From IMG/VR virus record IMGVR_UViG_3300045988_173145: DNA of 43,226 bases, one strand, 5' to 3'. This DNA comes from a virus. The translations under genes and the position numbers were made by a program. The notes below the pieces were generated by a model. It did no database searches and was not told the DNA's origin. It saw nothing but the letters and a program-made list of their open reading frames with translations. Of this stretch, positions 1 to 7,124 are shown piece after piece (the first letter of the stretch is position 1; every line of letters starts with the position of its first letter).

Positions 1-55
1 CGTGTTATGACGTAATTAGGGACACACAGTGTTCAAAGAGGAATGCTGTGATCGT
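1..55. repeat. Exact 55-bp duplicate of the window end (circular-assembly overlap or terminal redundancy)
   Basis: Bases 1-55 (cgtgttatgacgtaattagg...gaatgctgtgatcgt) are identical to 43172-43226 by direct comparison. Confidence 0.95.
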
Positions 56-172
56 TAACAGTGAACAGTGTGTGGTGTGAACAACAATACCGTCATGGTG
101 GTATGCAACATACATTGCACGTGACGGCATGTCACACACGCCACACAGCCAACAAACACACAGAAACAACAG

Positions 173-232
173 GGCGCGTGTCGTGTTACGTGCGTGCTCG
201 CAAGGCTGCGCGCGCACTACACGACACACGCC
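173..232. repeat. Structured hairpin element, copy 1 (33-nt conserved core 188-220)
   Basis: Outer arms ggcgcgtgtcgtgt (173-186) and acacgacacacgcc (219-232) pair at 13 of 14 positions. The core is identical to 868-900. A U-rich tail follows only on the minus strand. Confidence 0.8.
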
Positions 233-321
233 AACCCAAAACACGAAAAGAGGAAAGGCGAGGGGGAGAAAGGCGAGGGAGGGGCGAAGAGAAGAAAGAG
301 AGAAGAGAGTAGTGTTAGACG

Positions 322-753
322 GTGGAGGCGCTCGTCTCGCTGACGCTGCGACGCGCCACCACCCAACACAAACACAAAGAGAACAAAGAAGAAGAAAAGA
401 ACGACACGGTGAGCAGAACAAGCACCAGAGAACACCGACAATTCAGAAAACAAGTACTCGCCAGAGCACAAGCCATGGGCATCACACACTGCCCAGCATG
501 CGGAGTAAAACTCCAATACAACAACAACGGCGGACGCAAACCCAACAGTGCTGAAGCCGACCACATAATCCCAGCCTCGTTAGGAGGAACCAACCATCCG
601 GACAACGGACGAGTCCTCTGCGCCAAATGCAACAGCAGACGCGGCAACGGCAGAGGCGGCAAAGGCAGAGCACGCCACTACCAGAAAAACGAGGAGGAAC
701 GAGACAGACTCCCTATCGCCGTCATGCCCACCGAACACACCGACACATGGTGA
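322..753 (+). CDS. HNH endonuclease
   Basis: HRQFRKQVLARAQAMGITHCPACG ... ADHIIPASLGGTNHPDNGRVLCAKCNSRRG gives a CxxC plus H-N-(H/N) motif with a second CxxC-like pair. It sits upstream of the terminase, as in HNH-dependent packaging phages. Start is uncertain (GTG 322 or GTG 409). Confidence 0.8.
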   Translation: MEALVSLTLRRATTQHKHKENKEEEKNDTVSRTSTREHRQFRKQVLARAQAMGITHCPACGVKLQYNNNGGRKPNSAEADHIIPASLGGTNHPDNGRVLCAKCNSRRGNGRGGKGRARHYQKNEEERDRLPIAVMPTEHTDTW

Positions 754-853
754 CCACACACACCGCCATTCAAGTAGCAGAAAGGCGGGGCGCGAAGAAA
801 AACAGAGAAAGGAAAAGACAAAAGAAACAAACAAAGGAAAGAGAGAACACAGT

Positions 854-910
854 GGTGTTCGGGGATAACGTGCGTGCTCGCAAGGCTGCGCGCGCACTAC
901 CCCGAACACC
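854..910. repeat. Structured hairpin element, copy 2 (33-nt conserved core 868-900)
   Basis: Outer arms ggtgttcgggg (854-864) and ccccgaacacc (900-910) pair at 11 of 11 positions. The core is identical to 188-220 and is flanked on both sides by T-free purine-rich runs. Confidence 0.8.
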
Positions 911-1677
911 AAAAAAGAGAAGAAGAGAAGAAAGACGAAGAGACAAGACAAGAGACGAGACACCCCCCCCCACACCACCGCCATTCCACAATGACACAGC
1001 CATGTCACAAAAACACAGCACTAAACCAACAATACTGCGACAGCAAACACAATGAAAGGGGCAGGACAATGTAAGAGGAACAGGACACAGCCCCACACGC
1101 CACCGCACTTTCCCCACCCACACAAACACGACACCACACAAACGCAAAGGTGGGCGAGACAATACGAAGGAGAGCAGGACAATACGAAGGTGCCGAACCG
1201 ATCCGAAGACCGGACATCACCCCCCCCCGCCATTCAACAGGACCACAGGCAAACAACAAGGGGGACGCCGATACTGAACGAGGGGACACCAGCGCGCAGA
1301 CGGGAGGGACAGCATCACAGCACCCGCCCTTCACTCACCATGCCGCCCCGCCTCGTCATGCTACCCCACTATCCACGACGGCACCCCCTCCACCACGACG
1401 AGGGGGGGAGTAGACGAAGGACACCCCACCACACAAAGGAGTACGGACAGACACGCACCCACACACACCACCTAACCCGACAAGTAACAGTACACGACAC
1501 GACAGCGGTACTCACTCACACACCGAGGTGGAGTGCAGGCCAGGCCATACGCACTGGACTGGGTAGATCAACAGCAGCACACCCCACCGCCATTCCATAC
1601 ACCACACACCGAGGAGAGATGGACGCCATCCACTCATCTGCTCACGTTCACACAACCAACGAACAACAATGATCAAC

Positions 1678-1810
1678 GATCAACAATCATCGTTCAATGA
1701 TTGATCAACGAACAATGAACGATAAACATCATGATGATCAATCATGATCAATGATGATCAATGATGATCAATCATGATCAACGATGAACATGACGATGAA
1801 CATGTGATGC
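1678..1810. repeat. AT-rich array of TGATCA/GATCAA repeats with a 10-bp phased core (1741-1790)
   Basis: T(G/C)ATGATCAA is repeated five times back to back at 1741-1790, with degenerate copies on either side. There are eight GATC sites between 1680 and 1788. Confidence 0.9.
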
Positions 1811-2003
1811 ATGACATGCACACCAATACCATGCACCATGCATGGTGTCAACGCATGCCACAAAGGCAACACAACGCACAAACGCACAAACGCACAAAAA
1901 TACATAAAAACAAAAGAAATGTTACAAAAACACGCAAAAACATGCAAAGCATGAATAAACAATGGCGTTCAAAAAAACCATGGCAACATTTCGAGGCGAA
2001 CAC

Positions 2004-2039
2004 AAGGGATCCCTTAAACGGTAAGGGATCCCTTAAACG
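2004..2039. repeat. Tandem 17-bp repeat, each copy containing the 12-bp palindrome AAGGGATCCCTT
   Basis: aagggatcccttaaacg occurs at 2004-2020 and again at 2023-2039, a 19-bp period. Confidence 0.9.
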
Positions 2040-2174
2040 TGGGACCCACGTCACAAAACAAGACGGAGATCAGACAAAACGAGACGTACACCACACAATT
2101 TATGTGATGGGAGCCACACCCCCCTCCCCCATCCAGCCGCGAACACCCCGAAGGTCTGCCCATCCCTCCCTGCT

Positions 2175-2311
2175 TGTGGAAAACCCTGTGGATAACTCCA
2201 GTAACCTAGACCACAATGTGACTGCCGTCATGTGGAAAACTCCCAAACCTGTGGAAAACCCTGTGGAAAACTTTCTCCGCTTGTGGAAAACCCTGTGGAA
2301 AACTCCACAGG
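2175..2311 (-). promoter_or_regulatory. Array of seven DnaA-box-like iterons TGTGGA(A/T)AA (reverse complement TT(A/T)TCCACA)
   Basis: Boxes start at 2175, 2187 (TGTGGATAA, a perfect TTATCCACA on the minus strand), 2231, 2250, 2262, 2282 and 2294. Three pairs have 12-bp spacing. The terminal inverted repeat is ctgtgga (2293-2299) / tccacag (2304-2310). Confidence 0.6.
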
Positions 2312-2345
2312 AGCATGACGGGCATCACAGCATATAATAGACAAT

Positions 2346-2636
2346 ATGACAACCCACACAAACACCACAAACACCACAATCACCATATACGAACCCAACA
2401 GCCCCACACCCATCACAGACGCCACAAACACAAACAACCCAACACTCATCCGCCAAGCACTCGCACACAAAATCGCCACCGTCATAGACGACCCCAGAAC
2501 AGGCGACACAGCACTCACAAAACTCACCGCACAACTCATACAAATCACAGACCAACTCGCCACCACACAAAACGAAAACACCACCACACACACCACCGAC
2601 ATTCCAAACGAAACACAAACCTGGGACGGCATCTGA
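2346..2636 (+). CDS. Hypothetical small protein translationally coupled to the large terminase (possible small-terminase-like or packaging accessory protein)
   Basis: The stop overlaps the terL ATG (TGATG at 2634-2638). The C-terminal two thirds are non-repetitive (LIRQALAHKIATVIDDPRTGDTALTKLTAQLIQITDQL). The N-terminus is T/N-rich low complexity. No recognisable motif. Confidence 0.4.
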   Translation: MTTHTNTTNTTITIYEPNSPTPITDATNTNNPTLIRQALAHKIATVIDDPRTGDTALTKLTAQLIQITDQLATTQNENTTTHTTDIPNETQTWDGI

Positions 2637-4129
2637 TGAGCGAAAAACACCTCAGCGAAATCGCCGCCCACCTCACCCTCCCAGAAAACATCACACACAC
2701 AGCCTGGCCGCCAGTCAAACACCGCCTCCAAGAAATGCAATACCCCCTCGACGTATGGCAGCAAGACTGGCTCAAAGCAATCCTCGCCAAACGCGACGAC
2801 GGCCACTACGCCGCCAGCATCGACGGAATCCAAGCATCCATCCCAAGACAGGTCGGCAAAACATACACAATCGGCGGCCTCACATTCGCACTCGCCACCC
2901 TCCACCCAAACTACTTCGTCCTCTGGACCGCACACCGCACGCGCACCGCGGACGAAACATTCAACGACATGAAAGGAATGGCACAAATCCCCGAAATCGC
3001 CCCGTACGTACAGAAAATACGGCAAGCAAACGGGCAGCAAGCCATCCTCTTCAACAACGGGTCACGAATCCTGTTCGGCGCCCGCGAAGGAGGATTCGGA
3101 CGCGGATTCCACGGCGTAGACATGATTCTCTTCGACGAAGCCCAAATCCTGGGCGCAGCCGCACTAGACGACATGATCCCCGCCACAAACACCGCCCCGG
3201 ACCCTCTCATCATCAAAATCGGGACACCACCAAAGCCAAAAGATCCATCCGAAGCGTTCAGTGAATTCCGCAACCTCGCCCTTCAAGGCGAAATAAAAGA
3301 CGGCCTCTACCTCGAACTGGCCGCCGACTATGACGCTAATAGTGACGACCGGAAACAATGGGAAAAAGCCAACCCATCGTACCCCCGTCGCACACCCGAG
3401 TCCGCCATTCTAAGAATGCGCCGGCAGCTCGGAGAAGAATCATTCCGCCGCGAAGGCCTCGGAATATGGGACCGCGCCAACGACAGGCTCGCAATCGACC
3501 CCGTCGCCTGGAATACTGCCACAATACGGCCAGAAAACACTCCCAGTGGCATGCGATGGTGCGCCGCAATCCGATTCGCCCCAGACGGGTCAACATGCGC
3601 CCTAGCCAGAGCAGGACACAAGCAGAATACGCCCACACACGTCGAGCTATGCACACACCAAGGCGTCCGCCGCATGAACGAGGGCACGCAATGGATAATC
3701 GACTACATTGCGGACACCAAAGACAGATGGGCGCAAATCATCGTAGACGGAAAATACGGTGCCGGCGACACAATCGAAAGACTGAGAGCCATCGGAGTAC
3801 GCCCACAAGTCATCATCACCCCCACAATCACGCAAATCATAGACGCCTACAGCATGCTAGACGCCTCACTACGCGAAAACACAATCACACACCTGGACGA
3901 CATGCAATTGCGGGCCGAGGCCGCCTCGGCGACGCCGCGCCCGATCGGAACGTCCGGAGGATGGGCACTACAGGCCCCGCCCGGCGCTACCGTAGCCGGC
4001 CTAGAAGCATGCACGCTCGCAATGTGGGCCGCACGCACAACAAAACGAAGGCCCCGTTACAAGCCTTATGATAAAATCGAAAACGCCAATAGTAGAAATG
4101 ATCGTGGCGGCGGAGTATTGTTCCTATGA
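2636..4129 (+). CDS. terL: Terminase large subunit
   Basis: Walker A IPRQVGKTYT and Walker B VDMILFDEAQ, with a C-terminal nuclease-sized domain. ATG 2636 is chosen because residues 1-107 of the 2315 ORF are H/T/K/R low complexity from the AC-rich tract. Confidence 0.9.
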   Translation: MSEKHLSEIAAHLTLPENITHTAWPPVKHRLQEMQYPLDVWQQDWLKAILAKRDDGHYAASIDGIQASIPRQVGKTYTIGGLTFALATLHPNYFVLWTAHRTRTADETFNDMKGMAQIPEIAPYVQKIRQANGQQAILFNNGSRILFGAREGGFGRGFHGVDMILFDEAQILGAAALDDMIPATNTAPDPLIIKIGTPPKPKDPSEAFSEFRNLALQGEIKDGLYLELAADYDANSDDRKQWEKANPSYPRRTPESAILRMRRQLGEESFRREGLGIWDRANDRLAIDPVAWNTATIRPENTPSGMRWCAAIRFAPDGSTCALARAGHKQNTPTHVELCTHQGVRRMNEGTQWIIDYIADTKDRWAQIIVDGKYGAGDTIERLRAIGVRPQVIITPTITQIIDAYSMLDASLRENTITHLDDMQLRAEAASATPRPIGTSGGWALQAPPGATVAGLEACTLAMWAARTTKRRPRYKPYDKIENANSRNDRGGGVLFL

Positions 4130-5742
4130 CTGAAATTTATCCTGACGATGGGCGACTCGTTAATGCTACGCCGGCACCGACCCGCATTTCCGGACTTCCC
4201 GACGACGACAAGGTAACATTTCTGCAACTGTGGCAGAAATGGCAGCAACACTCGAACAAAAACAAGCTGCTCTCCGTCTACTACGATGGCCACCGCGCTT
4301 TCCAGGATTTGGGGATCAGTATCCCACCGCAAATGACGCGCACCAAAGCCGCATTGGGATGGCCTCAGAAAGTCGTCACCATGCTAGCCCGCCGGCACGT
4401 GTTCGAAGGCTACTCCCTGAACGGGGCACCCGACGCATTCGAAGCAAACGAAATACTATCCGCAAACAATTACGACCTTGATCTTGCGCAAGCGATAACG
4501 TCCGCCTACAAACATTCTTTCTCACTGCTCACCGTGACACGAGGGGACGAGACCATTGGTGAGCCGCCCGTTGTCGTGCAGGCCCGTGACGCAGAATGGT
4601 CCGCAGCACTATGGGACACTAGACGTCGCATCATCGAAGCCGCCCTCACAATCGATCAGACCGACAAATACGGGCAGCCGGCCGGCGCCATCATGCACAC
4701 ACCCACCGCCATTTGGCGAATCGACGCCAAAGAAAACGGCGGCGGATGGAAAGCCGAAAAACTCGGAGACACACCCAACCGCATTTTCGTTGAAGCACTC
4801 TGCTACGACCCACAGCTGAACCGCCCCTTGGGACATTCACGAATCACCCGCGAAGTAAGGTACCTCACGGACGCGGCGGTGAGGACAATGGTCCGCGCAG
4901 AAACGTCAGCAGAATTCTTCTCCTCCCCGCAGCGGTACGTGCTCGGTGCGGAAAGAGCAGATTTCGCCGGCCAAGACAGGTGGTCCGCAATCATGGCACG
5001 CGTCCAAGTATTGGAGCCGAACGAAAACGGCGACATTCCCAGTGTTGGACAATTCTCACAAATGACCATGAGCCCTCACCTGGAAATGTACCGACAGCTG
5101 GCGCAGAATTTGTGCGCGGCCACAAACCTGCCTCAGTCCGCGATCGGGGTATTTGCGGAGAACCCCGCCTCGGCTGAAGCGATGCAGGCAGCTGAGGCGG
5201 CGCTCGCGGACGAAGCCGAGTACCAATGGCGCATTTTTACCGCCCCGTTGCGGCGCACGTTGCAGAACATTATTATGGTTCGGGATAAGCTCGATGAGCC
5301 TCCGCAGGAGTCGTGGAAGACTTCAGTGAAGTGGACGCCCGCCCGCTATTCCTCACCGTCGTCTGCCGCCGATTTCGCGGTCAAAATGGTGTCCGCGTTC
5401 CCGTCGCTGCAGGAGTCCCAGACTCTCATGCGGCGTGCCGGGCTCACCGAGGACGATCTCGCAGACATTAACGCCGAGAATCGTAAAAAGAATGCTGTGT
5501 CGTTGCTTGATCGTGCTCTCGCCGCCACGAACAACGGAAACACTGTGGATGAGAACGGCGAGAACGCCGAGAATAGTGACGCAGCCAACAATAATGGTGA
5601 CGATAACGCCGACAATGCTGGCAACAGCAACGGCGGCAATGATAGCGGCAATAACCTGGGCCTTAATAACGCACCCAATACAAGGAACAGGGTTAAGCGC
5701 AACATTAAATTGCCTGGCGGCACCAAAACACCAATAAACTGA
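4126..5742 (+). CDS. Portal protein
   Basis: 538 aa, with an ATGA overlap to the terL stop. Size and position are typical of a portal. The C-terminus is an N/D/G-rich low-complexity tail. Confidence 0.8.
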   Translation: MTEIYPDDGRLVNATPAPTRISGLPDDDKVTFLQLWQKWQQHSNKNKLLSVYYDGHRAFQDLGISIPPQMTRTKAALGWPQKVVTMLARRHVFEGYSLNGAPDAFEANEILSANNYDLDLAQAITSAYKHSFSLLTVTRGDETIGEPPVVVQARDAEWSAALWDTRRRIIEAALTIDQTDKYGQPAGAIMHTPTAIWRIDAKENGGGWKAEKLGDTPNRIFVEALCYDPQLNRPLGHSRITREVRYLTDAAVRTMVRAETSAEFFSSPQRYVLGAERADFAGQDRWSAIMARVQVLEPNENGDIPSVGQFSQMTMSPHLEMYRQLAQNLCAATNLPQSAIGVFAENPASAEAMQAAEAALADEAEYQWRIFTAPLRRTLQNIIMVRDKLDEPPQESWKTSVKWTPARYSSPSSAADFAVKMVSAFPSLQESQTLMRRAGLTEDDLADINAENRKKNAVSLLDRALAATNNGNTVDENGENAENSDAANNNGDDNADNAGNSNGGNDSGNNLGLNNAPNTRNRVKRNIKLPGGTKTPIN

Positions 5743-5749
5743 TATTATT

Positions 5750-6475
5750 ATGCTGTCAACCGCAGAAATCGGGGCGTACGGGCGAGCAGTAGACTCGCTC
5801 GTCACGCTCGCCCAAAACGATCTACACACACTCTGGGCTCACGCCGCTAGACAACGCCCCGAACAAGCGCGCGACCTTCTACTCGAAATCATGCCCGCCC
5901 TCGTAGACCAATACGGCAGTGCGGCCGCCGCAATCGCCGACGAATGGTACCGCGACATGCGCCTAGACCAGGACATTCCCGGCGACGCCCCCACAGTACA
6001 AACGTCACTCACACCACAAGGCGAAATAGACGACAGTGTCAGATTCAGTGCCGGCGCACTATACGCCGGAACCCCCGACATCGCCCTATCCTATCTGACC
6101 GGGGCGCTCATCCGATACGTCAGCGACGGAGCCCGCTCACAAATCGCAGACATGACATGGGCCGATCCAGAAGCAATGGGCTGGGAAAGACGAACCCGCA
6201 ACCCACAAGCCTGCAATTTCTGCGTCATGCTTACAATGAACGAATGCTACTACCGCAGCCAGGGGACCGCGTCATTTGGGGCGCACGACAATTGCAAATG
6301 CGTCGCAGTCCCCGCATGGGACCCAACCTCCCGTGAAGTCCCCGCGAAAGCATACACGCTCGCAGCCAGACACAAAACCGAAAAAGGCCGCACACGCCAC
6401 CGTGAACTCGTCTCATCGTGGATAGACACACACCAGGAAGAGCTCACAGAATGGCGCACCAGACCAATTGAATGA
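5750..6475 (+). CDS. MuF-like head morphogenesis / minor capsid protein
   Basis: It follows the portal. The C-terminal Cys/His cluster NPQACNFCVMLTMNECYY...GAHDNCKCVAVP is typical of actinophage MuF-like proteins. Confidence 0.65.
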   Translation: MLSTAEIGAYGRAVDSLVTLAQNDLHTLWAHAARQRPEQARDLLLEIMPALVDQYGSAAAAIADEWYRDMRLDQDIPGDAPTVQTSLTPQGEIDDSVRFSAGALYAGTPDIALSYLTGALIRYVSDGARSQIADMTWADPEAMGWERRTRNPQACNFCVMLTMNECYYRSQGTASFGAHDNCKCVAVPAWDPTSREVPAKAYTLAARHKTEKGRTRHRELVSSWIDTHQEELTEWRTRPIE

Positions 6476-6478
6476 TTG

Positions 6479-6487
6479 TGCTACAAT
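6479..6487 (+). promoter_or_regulatory. Possible extended -10 promoter element (TGcTACAAT) ahead of the scaffold and capsid genes
   Basis: tgctacaat lies at 6479-6487 in the 107-bp gap after the MuF gene. No convincing -35 element. Confidence 0.25.
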
Positions 6488-6582
6488 GCATAAACAAAGG
6501 CCACTGAGGTATGGCTGCAAAGCCCAGAACAGTTGCCTGAAACACCACAATAACCGCACGGTCAAAATATAGGAAACGCCCA

Positions 6583-7065
6583 ATGAGCGAAAACGCCGCA
6601 AGCGACACTCCGGTCGACAACAGCGCCACTAACGACGGCAACGCCACCACGAACGGGGACAACGCCGCTAGTAAGCCTGAAATCGACTGGAAGAGCGAGT
6701 CCCGAAAGTGGGAGAACCGCGCCAAAGAAAATCGGCGCGCCGCCAACGAACGAGACGAACTCGCCAAGGCCATCGGCGACAAAGACGCCACAATCGAAGC
6801 CCTAAAAGCCAAGGTGGCAGACTTTGAAACCGCCGCCAAGGTTCGGGAATGGTCTGCTAACGCTGCCGCAGAGCACGGTATCAGCGCCGATTTGATTCGA
6901 GGAACAACCGAGGACGAAATCAACGCGCATGCTGCCGCAATCGCCAAAGCATTGCACGACGCTAAGCCATCCGTCGCCCCCGTAGTGCCCCAGGCTGGAG
7001 CCACGCCCGACAATGACGGCGCCAATCTTGCAGAATTCGCTCGGAACGTTTTCGCCGGCGACTGA
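6583..7065 (+). CDS. Capsid scaffolding protein
   Basis: 160 aa, charged and helical (ENRAKENRRAANERDELAKAIGDKDATIEALKAKVADFE), immediately upstream of the major capsid gene. GGAAAC RBS-like sequence. Confidence 0.7.
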   Translation: MSENAASDTPVDNSATNDGNATTNGDNAASKPEIDWKSESRKWENRAKENRRAANERDELAKAIGDKDATIEALKAKVADFETAAKVREWSANAAAEHGISADLIRGTTEDEINAHAAAIAKALHDAKPSVAPVVPQAGATPDNDGANLAEFARNVFAGD

Positions 7066-7124
7066 CACAAGTACAGCCGCAATTCTAAAAAGTAAAATAC
7101 TAGAAAGAAACGGAAATACCCATA

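Noticed and set aside
1741-2311. Possibility that the tandem repeats form a CRISPR array.
   Set aside because: The repeat units are 9-17 bp and are contiguous or separated by only 3-10 bp. There are no 25-40-bp unique spacers and no cas genes.
61-2337. Plus- and minus-strand ORFs of 60-206 aa across the T-poor tract (for example 61..312, 129..554, 627..1055, 1052..1672, 1774..2337, 5..421-, 580..1008-, 1005..1334-).
   Set aside because: The translations are H/T/K/R/Q/P (plus) or C/V/F/L/G (minus) low-complexity strings that mirror the base bias. The ORFs overlap each other in several frames, contain the DNA repeats themselves (for example VVRAQPCEHAR twice, VENPVENF) and lack ribosome-binding sites.
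2315-2635. N-terminal 107-residue extension of the large terminase ORF.
   Set aside because: The sequence is pure low complexity (HKHHKHHNHHIRTQQPHTHHRRHKHKQ...). A coupled ATG at 2636 immediately precedes the conserved ATPase domain.
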